A DNA stretch of 63,979 nt, filler included, from Catajapyx aquilonaris (lineage: Eukaryota): assembly GCA_000934665.2 (NCBI GenBank). It is 3 parts of 3 records of this genome, joined end to end, with 100 filler letters (N's around TTAATTAATTAA, not from the genome) between each part and the next. Parts side by side here need not be neighbours in the genome. Positions count along the whole stretch, not along the records: positions 1 to 21,667 come from JYFJ02006018.1; 2 more parts are not named here. One strand, 5' to 3'. The notes beneath the pieces were generated by a model that was given only the letters and a program-made list of their open reading frames with translations, ran no database searches and was not told the DNA's origin. The position numbers and the translations under genes were made by a program. Below, in pieces: positions 1 through 13,379 of the stretch; positions within the stretch are counted from its first letter, which is position 1, and each line of letters begins with the position of its first letter.

Positions 1-145
1 GCTTGTTTACATGGGTCATGATTGGTCCGCGGCGTCAACGCAACCAAAAACCAAAACCGTCGACGGCCTGTGTGTATGGGCCTTTATACCTATACATTTG
101 CACCAAATATGTCCTCGATGTCAGTATTTTTGTTCTTTTTTTTTC

Positions 146-444
146 CTGTACCCCATTATCGGACCTTGGGCCCTTATTAGGGGAGTGGGATACCACTATT
201 TTTGGGAACCATATAATATATATATGTTAATTGTTCCAAGGGTAAGTATAGGAGGGGATGTGCAAAGTGCAAGTGCGCTGTCGTTAATTGGTCATTTTGT
301 GAACTCCCCCGGGTGGCTTAGTCTATCGGAAATTGCCACCCGAAACGAAGCCAGAGATGGCCCAACTCTGCACGAAAGAAGGTGGGAACCCGGGACCTTA
401 ACTTCCGTGGGCGCGCGCGTTACCGCGGCGCCACTCCGTCTCCC
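146..444 (-). mobile_element. tRNA-derived SINE, family A (copy with B-box deletion)
   Basis: Aligns along its length with 35396-35710 (CTGTACCCCATTATCGG...GGGAGTGGGATACCAC...CCACTCCG). T-rich tail at 126-145. The B-box segment present in the other copy is missing here. Confidence 0.8.
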
Positions 445-528
445 TCGATGTCAGAATTAATTAATCAGTATTAATCACAGTATAAATCAGTTCTCGGCAG
501 TGACAAAATTCTCCCTTTAGAACGCATG

Positions 529-682
529 TAATCTGTCGCAATAAGTTTTGGTCACTTTATCATGGTCTTGAAGCAACCCTTCGCACAGGCCCCACGGTGA
601 GCAGGTGTGTGTGTGCGCGTGCGTGTGAATGATTGCTTCAAGACCAGGATAAAATGGCCAAAACTTATTGAGACAGATTGTA
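529..682. mobile_element. palindromic MITE with (TG)n centre, family B copy 1
   Basis: Long inverted arms (CACTTTATCATGGTCTTGAAGCAA / TTGCTTCAAGACCAGGATAAAATG) around CACAGGCCCCACGGTGAG and a TG-rich centre. The same core recurs at 4605, 7353 and 63511. Confidence 0.85.
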
Positions 683-1496
683 CGCATCATTTGTATTTTT
701 TGGACCAAACATTTTACAGCAAGTCCTCGACTTATGCAGATCTGGATTATGCAAGAGTTCCAGATTTTTTTAAAAAATGTGGTATCCACCCCCCCCCCCC
801 CAAAAGGGNGCCCATGGCTCTAGCACGGGGTACAAATTATTATTATTATTATTATTATTATGTAGATCTGGATTTGTTGAGGCTAAGTAATTCAAACATT
901 TGACAACAACTATAACATTTTCATTATGGTTAATGACGCAAGTGCCATTACTGTCATCTATTGGCAGGAATAAAGCTGCACATGAATAGTAATCCACGTT
1001 GCGTAAGATTAACTGCTCACCATTGTGAATACAAATAATAGGTTGGAACAGTTTAATCGCAGTTTCAAGGCTCAGAGTGAAGTAATGATTTATACATTAA
1101 GTGGTTACTGTAGCGAAGGGATGCGGATTAATCTACTGACATGGACAATAATAATTTCCGTTTCGAATTGACACATGTTGACTCCTATAGTGTGTTGATA
1201 CGGCTCTGTGAATATTAGCTCTTAATTGGATTTATACATGAGGCGTTAATGAGTTTCTGATCCCTTAGATAAAGCGACATCACTCTGAGCACAGCTGCAT
1301 CCATAGCTATACAGTGTAAAGAAGAGCGCAATTCATTGATGCAGTTTAGCAGCAGAGAAAATCATTCATGCATTCAGCATAAGATTTCTAAATCTGTGGC
1401 AACACCGCATTGATCCAAATTAAAGGATGTCATACCACAGTGATGCCAGAACCATTTTGGCTAAAATTTTATCGGATTTCTCATTTAATCGGCATG

Positions 1497-1526
1497 CTAA
1501 CGGCACTTTAGGGTTGCAGGTCGACT
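1497..1526 (-). CDS. sNPF: candidate short terminal coding exon of the sNPF precursor (SRPATLKCR-stop)
   Basis: TTCCAG acceptor on the minus strand. Read in phase 0, as the donor at 1999 requires, it gives 9 codons then TAG. No homology support, and other acceptors are possible. Confidence 0.3.
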   Translation of the reverse strand, partial: SRPATLKCR

Positions 1527-1998
1527 CTGGAAGCTCAACGAGCCATCAAAACAGCATATCGATGACTACATAATATTAAACTTCCAATTTCACACCATAT
1601 TCTGAAAATGGGTAGGGTGAATGATAGAACTTTTCTATGTAGGCTCTATAATTTTGTTTTTATGGTACTCGTCATATTACTTTGTAGTAGCTTACGTGGT
1701 GTATCATATTAAAACGATTTAAAAAATGTTAGACGTTTGGAATTCTCTTTGAAAAGGACACCTGCATATTTGTATGACATGTTTTGAAATTATTAATCAA
1801 TTTCATTGAATCCACCCCTCATGCTACAACGAGCATAAAGATATGGACTTCTGGTGGTGGCAATATTTCCATGGTGAGACCGATTTTATTTTTATTGAGG
1901 TCTCCAACTCTTGAATGCCTCCAACAGGTTTGATCATTACAGAGCTGTATCAAATTGGGACCGGGGGGGGGGGGGTGGGAGAAGCTAATATCACTTAC

Positions 1999-2141
1999 CT
2001 GCATCTGTTGCCACAAAGGATCAGCACGACGACCGAAACGGAGTCGGAGAGAAGGAGATCGGTTGGACTTGCGCACTACTTCATGTCCCATTCGAGATGC
2101 CAAAGCCTCCCGCTGTAGCATTTCATACAAGTCGCGCAGAC
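1999..2141 (-). CDS. sNPF: short neuropeptide F precursor, peptide-encoding exon
   Basis: Encodes (S)LRDLYEMLQREALASRMGHEVVRK-SNRSPSLRLRF-GRR-ADPLWQQMQ: the xPxLRLRFamide motif with RK and GRR processing sites. TTTCAG acceptor and CAG/GTAAG donor. Phase 1 joins correctly to the exon ending at 9546. Confidence 0.96.
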
Positions 2142-2601
2142 CTGAAACAAACAGCAGCTCATGTTGTACAAGCCTCTATGCATGAGTTTGGCCATCCAAG
2201 CGATCAATGGACAATGCATGATGACGACTCAATTTTGTTCGAAGAAAGCCTGAAATCTGTAGTCTATAGGTCGGTGTGGATCTGTAAGATTCGCCATTCA
2301 AATGGTCTCAGCGTCAGGGATTGGACAAGTTGAATGCTACTCGGACTACCTTGGTCTGAGCGATTTTGTTCCTCATCGCTGATATGCGAACCAACCTTAA
2401 GGAGAGGTACGGTAATGGAAGGACGGTAATGGAAGTACTGGTAGGCGTACAACTTGAAATAGTTATCACTGAATATATTCGCCTGAAACTTGAATGAAAA
2501 GGAAAGGACACCTTTTGTTAGGATATTCATCGAGGATCGAACCTCCAGACCCTAATCTACTCTGCTATAAGCTCTCTCATGGATTTGAATAATATTACCG
2601 G

Positions 2602-2602
<1 letters not shown>

Positions 2603-2649
<47 letters not shown>

Positions 2650-2912
2650 GAAGCAGTGGTGGCGGAGGGGATATGGTATCCGACTGCTAATCGGGAGGTC
2701 CTGGGTTCGAATCCCGGTGCCGGCAACTCTAACCGTGGTTTTCTGTGGTTTCCCACGGTTCCTCCAGGAGAATTCCGGAGTTGTTTCCTAAACTAATAGG
2801 CCACAGCCGCCTCCTTCCTTTCCTATCCTATCCCAAAAAGCGCAGTAAAAACGAAACGAAGAGTTCCAGTCCAAAAAAATAAATCCCTCCCTAAAGAGCC
2901 GCTTATTATCGC

Positions 2913-2977
<65 letters not shown>
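2603..2977. repeat. (TAT)n microsatellite split by a SINE
   Basis: TAT arrays at about 2603-2647 and 2913-2977 flank the SINE. Confidence 0.9.
2648..2912 (+). mobile_element. tRNA-derived SINE, family C
   Basis: A-box-like TGGCGGAGGGG and B box GGTTCGAATCC (2704-2714), followed by a body GGTTTTCTGTGGTTTCCC...TAGGCCACAGCCGCCTCCTTCC that resembles common insect SINEs. Confidence 0.85.
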
Positions 2978-2980
<3 letters not shown>

Positions 2981-3732
2981 GACTTGTTTGTCTAGGAGCT
3001 TTCTGTATAAGGTGACCTGCCAATTTTGCCTTCTGTCGCAGAGTAGGAATAAAATTATTCATTATACAGGTAGACAATGAGCGCCGACAAAAGAGACAGA
3101 AGAATGCCTTTGGGCTTTGAAATGAGGACTCTTGTTAGGAGCGAGAAATTAGTGGAATATTTGCAACTCGGCTTGAAACGAAGTTCAGTTTGTCTGCGAC
3201 GTGTTTGTCATTTGGCATTCAAACGGACTTGCCTTTTTCACAAGCTTGTCAGAGCGATTATAGTGGATGATTATAATTTTGACTTTCACTAGGTCCTTTT
3301 TTTTGACAACTCTTTTCTTTCACCTGGATTGAAAACGCAAGTGTAACATCACATTCACAGTCATTTTAGTTCATTATTATTTAGTGCATATATGTCACTT
3401 GGTGACCATGCTTTACATCCTGAATGGATTATACTCTGCCATTTTTTTGTGTTTTCTTTTTGAAGTCCCATTTATTATTATTAAAGATATTGCAGCAATC
3501 TTTCTGGGAAAGGTCTGAAATTTAATACAACTTGAGTACTATGGAAACTTGAGAGTCATGAGAAGTCTGATAAAGCGGACCAATGAATAACAAAACCACT
3601 CGTATTTGGTAGAGATCCACCATCCATATGGTGAGGCTGCAGAAATGTTTTCGACTTGAAAGCAGAAATCTGCTGGTTTACTGCACCATTTCCTGTAGGC
3701 ATAAATCAATAAGTTTTGATGTTGTAAATGCA

Positions 3733-3740
3733 AATTTATT

Positions 3741-3775
<35 letters not shown>

Positions 3776-3778
3776 TTT
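3733..3778. repeat. (TTTA)n microsatellite
   Basis: Read directly from the sequence. Confidence 0.9.
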
Positions 3779-4604
3779 GCTGGTTTGTTACCTATACACG
3801 CAGTGGCTTGCTTGCTCCAAATATCATTAAAACTGGCATAATACCAAGTATGGCTTCCACCAAGAATGTATGGCTTCATTTTGCCTTAATGTTAAATGAC
3901 AATGAGCACGGCAAGCACCATACTTTAAAACAGAACTTAAACATGTACTGCCAATGAGCGTGCTGTTGGATTATCTTTTCACACGTATAGTACACAAACA
4001 CATCTAGCAATATCATAATTACGTATGTACGATATTATCGATAACTCAAATGTAAAAACGACCCTGATAATGTACTTGGAACATTATGTCTAATAGGTGC
4101 ATATTGCACCGAACTACACTGTACATTCCCTGAAGATGGCGATATGCCATTGTGAATTAAGTAGCCTGCAAAATTTTTAAAGAGTAATGCAATTTTCAAT
4201 TTTGGTTTACTTTGATATAGTCTAGTTACATGTCCTAGTGGACCAAAGTAGCATAAACAATAATCCGTGTACTTGGTTTGCCCAGGTATGACGCCATCGA
4301 TCGACATTATCATTATGGGCTATTTTCCTTGCCGCCATTAAGTCAGCAATATAATGATACAGACGTGCTAAATGTCAATGCGAGATGTCAATGGCGATGC
4401 ATCAGAGGCACGTCGCCCCAGGTCTTTCTGACTTATTGGCAAGGACGGAATAGTTAGGTAGTACAAAAACCAAATAGCACCAAGCAGAAGACCCTCCATA
4501 TACGTATATGCAACACCTTTTGACGATTTTGTGACCCCCTCTTCACCCTGAATGTAAAGGAACGTTATGCTCATTTGACCTCAGTCAGTCCCCCTTCCGG
4601 CAAG

Positions 4605-4682
4605 TACTATGGGGCTCAAATTGTTTTGGCCACTTGATCCTGGTCTTGAAGCAACCCTTCGCACAGGCCCCACGGTGAGGAG

Positions 4683-4715
<33 letters not shown>

Positions 4716-4770
4716 AAGGGTTGCTTCAAGACCAGGATAAAGTGGCCAAAACAATTTGAGCCCCATAGTA
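4605..4770. mobile_element. palindromic MITE family B copy 2
   Basis: TACTATGGGGCTCAAATTGTTTTGGCCAC...GTGGCCAAAACAATTTGAGCCCCATAGTA. Near-perfect arms of about 58 bp, TA at both ends, (TG)n centre. Confidence 0.9.
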
Positions 4771-7352
4771 GCCTACCTACTGCACGCGGATAATATTATT
4801 TGATTCCCTGTTACTAGGCTATATGGTACATTTTCATAGTTATGTAAAAAAAAAAAGAACACCGGCGTATACTGTATAGCAGGTTGGGATTTCAGACACT
4901 GATAAAATACTCTCTTCTCTTCCTTTGAAATCTCTACCTGTGATATCCTATAGGCCTACTTGAAACCTGAAAGAACGCTCTGTGTCCAAGTAAACCATGC
5001 TGTTCTATAGTGCTATCCTACACCAACAGGTGGTGGAAGGCCTCTCATTATCGGATTCCATATATTCTCTTTTAATGCACATCACTTGGTATCGAACAAC
5101 GCCGACAATACCGCATTAACTGCTATAGTGTTTCTGTCTGTACAGACAATGTCAAGCGACCAACTCTGACAACCCATGATAAAATGAGGTCGACTAGACA
5201 TATATGATATATACCGTATTTTTCAAACACGTCCATTAATGAATGTACAGTGACAGTAAATTAACACGGGACTAGTCATTGGGAGAAACTTTGCACTTGT
5301 TTTATTTGGTGGAACTCGATACCTTTAGATAGACCTACTCTACGATAGAAGCAACAGTATATTACGGTTTGTAATTACACGACGTGGCCATTATTAAGTG
5401 GCTTGGCTCATCTAATCTGGTACCCTTCGTGACATATCTGGTGGATTTAATTGAAGAGATTTCGACCTATAATCTGACACTGATTAGATTTCTAACTATA
5501 GCAAATACGTTTAGCGAGCTTTTTGTTGTGACGCACAGCTCCACCTCTCACTAAGGACCCATGCATACTATGTACAGTACAGTATCTGTTAATACTACTT
5601 TTTTGACTTATGCTAAGCTTAGCAACATGATATCATTCCCTGTGATAAAATTTGGGCAGAAGGAGCAATAGTGTGGAAAGAAAGCAACGCAGTACAAAGA
5701 AAGTCTTAAGATGGTATGTCCTAAATTTCCTAGAAGTGAATTAAATCGATTCAAATTGAAGTGATTAATTGGCCATATTGGAATATTCAACCCACGGCCA
5801 GAATGTCTCGGACTAAGTGACAGTTGCATGAATACAAATGAAGAGAAAATTTGTGATTTTTGTGGTGCGATATTAATGTCCCCAATTTTCCTCTATTTTG
5901 TGTTGACAAAACTCCATATATGCCATTTGAGCTTGTGTCTTCAACTTTAAAATCTGCTCCGCCGCAGTGTAACCAGTGGAGCTTTTTGCGCCGTCAAAAG
6001 CTAATCAGTCAATCAGCCAGCCAACCAAATGTGGCGAACAATTTTTAATGCAAGCTAATGCCGCTAGAAAGTCGCCAAAAATATTCATTTTATTAACTAG
6101 TATCCTAATTTTGCAATCAGTGGAGACTTTGAACTTACACCCTTCTGCACTTTTCAAATGTCACGATAATATTGCTTTCACGCGACCAGCAATATTCTTG
6201 ACACAGCATGCAAAATGATATGCGCAAATTGGACTTATGGCACCTATTAGTGTGGTCCACCTAATTTTTTGATGCTTTTAGATGGCAGCAGGAATATTCA
6301 TTTTCAAGCGACGCCAATACATGTCCAAACATGTCTAAACATTATAGCACTTCTCGACGGAAATCGATGTGGAACATGGTGTCATTCTTCAATTAATTTG
6401 GAATTGAAACTTCATAATGAGTTTCTCTATTAACTGATTTCCATTGTTACAACAACGTCGGGTTGCCGGTCTGAATGGCTTTATTGGCTGTAATAATTAG
6501 CGTGCATGTATCCACCCTATGCGCTTACAGAATAGAACCACTCGCGATATTTAAACTAGATTAAAACATCGCGTTGTTATAGGCAATAGCAGGCAACTTT
6601 TGGCGTAGAATAACATGCAAAACTGTTCAATCTGGGCCTTCTCATATGCAAGCTGACGAGCACAAAAAAGTAGCAGAGATAGCGTTTTGCATTTTTATGC
6701 ATCAGGGAATGTTTAAAAGTGGCATGTTGACTGAGCGGAAATCCGTGTAGGTAGTTAAATAGCTCTTCGGCTTTAGTTCCGTAATATCCCCCGCGGTCTT
6801 AATCCACTTTTCATGGAAACCAGTATAATGGCACTTTTTTGATGTTGTTGGGAGGTTCTTTCCTGCCTCAGCCTAATTCTGCTTACTTGGGTGGAAAAGA
6901 TATAGTAACAATGTAACCATGCAATTGTTAAATTTTATCTAAGCCTCAAACAAACAATGAACCTTATTTGGCTTTAACCTTCTTTCAAACAATTTCCCCA
7001 CTCTTGTCTTAACCTAAATGTACTGAATCTTTAATAAAAAGTATTAATAGACACGACATCGACACTCTTTATTGACCAGAAAAATAAAACTCTGAACAGT
7101 TTGGTCACATATCTGTAATGAGTGTCCCTAAAAGCCATCAGGACACCTCTTCAAAGCCTTTTGCCTATCTGTTTACTCAATGTCCATAAATATGATTGAC
7201 TATATCGTAAAACACTGTAGCACCACATCTATATTACTGGTGAGATTAATATTGTCCATATTTCAGTGTCTAGATAAAATTAACGCGATTAATTTGCAGA
7301 CATGTCCGTTAGTTAAACGTCCTTGCCAATATGCTTCATATTTCACCATATG

Positions 7353-7497
7353 TATATCGGGTTCAATTAGTTCCGGCCACTTTATCCTGGTCTTGAAGCA
7401 ACCCTTCGCACAGGCCCCACGGTGAGGAGGTGTGTTTGTGTGAAGGGTTGCTTCAAGACCAGAATAAAGTGGCCGGAACTAATTGAACCCGATAGTA
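7353..7497. mobile_element. palindromic MITE family B copy 3
   Basis: TATCGGGTTCAATTAGTTCCGGCCACTTTAT...ATAAAGTGGCCGGAACTAATTGAACCCGATA, with the same core as copies 1 and 2. Confidence 0.9.
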
Positions 7498-8553
7498 CTA
7501 TATGTAGAGTATATAATAATCTGTACTTAACACATCCGACAGTAATGAGTTACTTATTATTGAAATTGATGGAAATCCTAATTTACAGGCCAATTACTTT
7601 GTTACTTCAGGAATGCCGCTACAAAATTCGTCTTATTCCCAAGTGTACACCTTCTGTGAAAGCGTGTAATGTAAGTAACTAATTGCAGTTGAATATTCAC
7701 TTGCTGGAAGTAAGTTACTTGCAGAAAGTAGCAATCAAATCAATTAACAGCAGCCTCTTATTCTTTTGCAAACGGTTGCCTCACACGTCTGCCTGCACCC
7801 TCACATAGGATAATTATGTTGCACTATCCCTGCAGTGGAAGGGTTTTCTGCATCATTAGAACCAGTTAGAAGAGTCCTTCCTCTTGTCTATCGCCCACAT
7901 CATTGTTCCTTTGGTCAGTTTTCACTTAAATGAGTACAGTAACCTATACCACAAATTTAAAAGAGCCTTAGTTATGCTGGATTGATTTCCCCTTTTTATA
8001 AGCATGGTCCTTTTCTCATATTAAAAAATAAGCCCATCTCAAGATTTCGCAAGATTAGTCATATTGGTGCACCGTAATAGGCTTATGGCCTCTCGGGGTT
8101 CCTCGTTTTAATTCCCGTCTTTATTTAATTTCTGCGCTGCAGCTGATGGATTTTACTGTGGTAGGAATGTGATGTAATGTAAAGTGGGGATGACACCGTG
8201 CGCATTGTATGCTCTATGATTTGTACAACCTGGATAATGGTCGAAAAGTATTTCACAAAATAGTACACTATTTGCTCATCAGTCATCACCTATGGTTATT
8301 ACTCCTCTGATAAGGAATAATTAAATGACAAGACTTTCCACATTTTGGCCCACATAATGAAAATAATAATTGTACAACATTGAAAGCAGTAAATTGTTGC
8401 TCCCATTTTACTATTTCAGATCCTGTTAGCTCCGTGATACCGGTACATACAGTATATGAGTTTTTATTGAAATATACTGCATGACGTTGAAAAGGCAGAG
8501 CTTTACATAGTATTTAACAATCAATATAACTGCTGTGCAGAACAATACGAAAT

Positions 8554-8613
8554 ATTCCTCTGTCAAGTTTTCTTCTTTATTTCGAAACAAAGAAGAAAGC
8601 TTGACAGAGGAAT
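8554..8613. repeat. 60-bp near-perfect palindrome in the sNPF intron
   Basis: ATTCCTCTGTCAAGTTTTCTTCTTTATTT-CG-AAACAAAGAAGAAAGCTTGACAGAGGAAT, with two non-complementary positions. Confidence 0.9.
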
Positions 8614-9545
8614 TTTTTAAAAGCTTTAGAGAGATCTTTCTAATGCTTTTAAAAAAAAATGTAAGGTTGGCTTGGAGCAGCCACCGCTAGACCTACCATG
8701 TTATAACTCAATTCCAAACATTACAATCTATAAACAAAAAAAACAGCTCACGATATAAGTTATTCACAATCACACCTTACTGACTTAATTACATCAGTGG
8801 TTGCAAAAATAAGTCAGTTACACAAGCCGTGAAGCAAATTCGGTTTGTTTTCCTGCTTTACTTCATCGCAATATTAGCACTAGTCAAGTTTATGCATAGA
8901 CATTATAATAAGAACGTGACAAATCATCGGAATATATTTCCGTTGACCATTTATACATTTTGCCTTCCCCGCACTTTCACCTCATGTGTCCCCATCTCAC
9001 CTTCTGCCCTTTCTCTCTGCCTCCCTGACTTTCCGCCATTTCCCATTTGTCTTAGAAGAGATGGGTCTGTTTTATAAAGGCGGGAACCAGTGAGGTCGAC
9101 AACAAATATTCCATAGCTTAGATTTCTTATAGGCTACCTTTTTCTGAGCTGGTGCTGCACATAAAGCCATTCACACAAAACAAGGAGTCATTCAAATGAT
9201 GCCACAGTTAGTCATCAATCTCCATCGATATGATATTACTGAGCCAAACTGGTCGTATGCATGTTAAAACATCATCAATACACGAGTTCCTGATCCCGTT
9301 TCCCACATATTCAAATCTATTGTACGCCCTCAGACTACTCTTCCAAAATAGATAAGAATGGCTTCACAAACTTTTAGATTTCATCTACCAAGCTTGTTGT
9401 TCAAGCGTTATGCTCCAAGCGGAATGGTGTTGTGATTCACCCTGACATACTGATGGGAAAGCCAGACAATGTGAGGTTTTTTCCTCCTCTTTGTATAAGT
9501 GTAACAGCGAACAATTGCAGTAAAAGAAATGGCCAAGTAACTTAC

Positions 9546-9648
9546 TGTCATAGTCGGAGTATGGCGGCGCTGCTGCTATCAGGTCAGCCACAATCACCAA
9601 GAGGCAGAGGGCGAGGGTGCAATATCCGGCTGCAGAAGTGGCTCGCAT
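9546..9648 (-). CDS. sNPF: short neuropeptide F precursor, signal-peptide exon
   Basis: ATG at 9648, encoding MRATSAAGYCTLALCLLVIVADLIAAAPPYSDYD (hydrophobic signal peptide). A/GTAAGT donor at 9546; A+GT forms a Ser codon with the next exon. A polypyrimidine tract and AG acceptor lie 7 nt upstream of the ATG (exon begins 9655). Confidence 0.9.
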
Positions 9649-12600
9649 CGTCAATCTAGGTGAGATGGAGGGACAGGACAGGAGGTGCACCAGGAAGAGA
9701 AAAAGAAAAAGAAAAGCGGCGGAATACGACAACATATACCACTCTCTCATATTAAAAATACTTATGAAACTACTCTACTATAGCAATTTTAAAAGGCAGT
9801 TTATGTGTACATAGTAATGTACAGACCTTAATATCTACCGGATTATTGTTGACAAAATTACGCATACTTTTAAGTTCCTAATTTCAACATGGGCCAGGGT
9901 TTAGTACATGTAGTGTATTAATAGTGGATAATTAAGGAAGCCTGGCTGGAAGCGTTGATAGGGGCTCATCTTCCCCCACGGCTAAATCGACTTGTCACCC
10001 GGCTCTACATTTGACGGACCGGGCTTCGACAGACGCCGAAGTACGGGCAAATTGTTAACATAAAATTGTATAATAAAAATGCCGAATAGATTTTTGGTGT
10101 ATTGCGGCAATTTTTAATGTTTTATTTATGAGCATGGAAAGTTTGCGCCGTATTTACCTAGGTTTTTAAGATTCCATTTTCTGGTTATTTGCTGGAGGCT
10201 AACATCTTATATGAAATGTAGCATGCAGGAATACCGAAATCATGCTAATGCATCTGCGTAGCATAATGTATTTACATATATATGCTGTGCATGCGGTGAA
10301 CGATATGAGCGTCATCAAAAACGCAAGCGACAGAAATCAATATGGGATCGATCATTTTCACACATTATATTCCTCGAGGTCCGTGCCTGTGCGTGCATAC
10401 CGGGTGAGGCAGGATTGAAATTGAAAACTCAATATCACACCTCTGATCTTTATACTCACGTGGCAGCAAAATAAAGTTTTGTCAGTCATAGAATATTCCA
10501 GTTGACCTGTTTTCTCAATATTAAATTCAGAGATACGAACGACAGCCGTTTCCTTGGCTCCATACAAGTTACAAATGTAAAGGCGCGAAATGGCAACTCA
10601 GGTTTATGTCAATAAATTCACATAAATAAGTCGGCACTGGTATTACAACACATATATTAGACATTTAGCTATAACAAAATAATTGGTCAGTCATGCTGAT
10701 TATAGCGCACCCACATGGACGTCATCACTTGGCTGGAATTAATTAGAAGACAATGACCTATTGTTTGTCATTTGTTCCCAATAGAGCAGGCAATGTTGTT
10801 AACAGTGGATGCTTCTCCGATTTGTACCTCTATTGTGAACTCTTTTTTTTTTGCCGAAGAATTGCCTTTTGTCAGGATGACCAATGATTCCCAATGCGCG
10901 CATGCCCGGTCACAACAGACGAAGAAGCTGTTGTTATGATGACGATAATTTTGATCCTAACGATGATGACTATAACCTTTCAGAAGATGGAATGACGCGT
11001 TGCAGCCCGGAGTCAAGTGGAAATAACAGAGGTCGTAGTGAAGGATACATTCCCTTAAGCTAATGGGTGTCCAGCACTGACACGCAGCCATGTGCAACCA
11101 TATGACGTTCTAGTCGCACATATGATGCAAGCTGCGTGTCAGGAGGGTACGGGTGTCCTCTCCAGGAAATTAACACTTCGGCTAGAACACTCACTGCAAG
11201 TAGTGGCAAGAAGGAGGCTTAGATACACAGTAATATTGGACAGAAGTCATTCAAATCACCCATTTCTCTTTCCACCGTCTAATGACATTAATGTAATGTC
11301 CCTTTTCTAATTCCAGTTTTTCCATGAAAGTTGACATTGGCCACATCCGCAAGCCATACGCGCAAAATGTAACATTTGCATTTTACCTAATCCTACATAC
11401 AGCGTAGGTCGGACAGCAATAAAAATTCCCACGCAGACACTCTCATGTACGCAGCCATGCACGTAAACCAGGGATTAAATATGAATGATGACTCCCAGGT
11501 AACGCTGTGTCCATTCTTTCCTACGCCTTTCATCAATCTGCCTCAGGAAGGATTAAACCAAGAGCCAAATCCCTCCAGGACAATTTGACAGCACCCACTA
11601 GGAACAGTAATCTGGTATTCATGGGAAATCTAATATAAGCCTACAAGCGTTATTATTAGTCGTTGTCTAGCTAGGCAAGATCAGTTGATGATGTCGTCAC
11701 ATATGATTTTAAAAAGAAAGTGTGAAAAATTGCTTTGCGACCTTTTCAATTGAGGTAGTTGCAAATATAAGCATATCTGCTTCAGAATTTACCACGTTTT
11801 TGCCAAAATCCAGATTTTGCAATTTTCCAGATTGATATTGACACAAACCACTCCAAAGCGGCTGTTTTGCCAGAAACAGCTTCAGTAACAGTTGGCATCA
11901 TTTGAATTCATTTAAAATTTTAGCAAAATAAAGTTGGCCGCTTGCGTTAAGCAACGTGTACTTTAAAAATTACAAAATCACGCAATTATTAATGGATGGC
12001 ATTCTGGCAATTAATGAAATATAAATGTTTTTTGCGCAATTCCAGCATGTTTTGGCGAAATCAACTTCCAACATCGCAACTTCCAAACCCGGCATTTTGC
12101 AATCATTACATCCATAGACAAAACTGATCACGAGGTTCACTTGCGCAACAGGTATGTTATTATTAGCAACAACCTCCACCAGAAATGCCGACAACCGGCT
12201 ATGGCGAAATCACGCTTTGAGGCCCCCTTTTCACAATATTATGTTTGGTACAGTTTGGTCCAAATTTAAAATAACAGCAGTAGATCCAGTACTTATCGGA
12301 TATGGGCTACTACATAATCGGGATATGCTAAAAATCCTCAAAATCCGTATGGATACTTATGAGGCACCTTGTATAGCAAATGGCGAGCGAGCAAGCGCTA
12401 GGGTTACACCTGCTGGCGACGGTAGTATGGCACTAACGATTTTTGCTTCCAGCTGCTGATAATAATTATCATGCTCCAAGAATGGGTTTCAGGAAACATG
12501 AAGAAAACACTTCAATTCAAAGGCCGTCCAGCTCCTAAAAGCGGAAGAGGGAGAGAAAGTGGAAGAAAATAACCTCTTCTAATCCCGCCATCTATCTTTC

Positions 12601-13379
12601 TCTATATCTCCCTCCTAACAATATTATCTAGCAATTTGTCACAAGATGCAACTATATGGACATCTGGGACCAAGACAGTGATCCCGCCCAGCAGAGGGGC
12701 GAAAATAAGGAAAGGTCGTCAACTTCGTAAAACATGGCTTCCGGGTTATTCACGTTGATATTGTGATGATTGTTGAGTGCCTTATGGACACAATGTTACA
12801 GTTTACTGATAGGGGAAAAAATGTGATGGATTGCAAATAGAAGTTTCTGCAATTTCCCGCGAGGGATATACGGCTATAGGATACATTCCATAATGAAATC
12901 AAAATATTTACCGTAGTTGACGGGCATATTGTAATGCTGGGTTAAAGCATTGTCATACATGGTTATGGAATAATAATTGAAAATACAGTATGCCAAGTAA
13001 ACTACTAGCGGCGGCAGGGCTGTTCATATTAAACCCATGTGTAAATTGGCCAAGTGAATAATTACCACTTGTTGTCGTGAGTCTAACTTTTACAGAGGAA
13101 ATTCATAGACGGACCCGATTGTACGTAATAACCAAATTACAAAAAAAATACTGAGTGTGTCAATGCCAAACTATAGCTAATAGGGTAGTCGTGTAGATGT
13201 CATCATCACGAGTTTTCATTAGAAATGTAATGTTGTCCGATATGGCATCTAACACTTACAGCATGCCATTCTCCACTTGCTCAAGTAATTAGAGGATGAG
13301 TATATAGGGTCACAGCATGTAATAACCAAGTAATATCACTCTGAGAAAGCCTGGTTCATATCCCGGAGCGGTCAATCGG

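Noticed and set aside
4128..4160. CTGAAGA-TGGC...GCCA as a Penelope-type hammerhead
   Set aside because: No GAAA box follows the stem.
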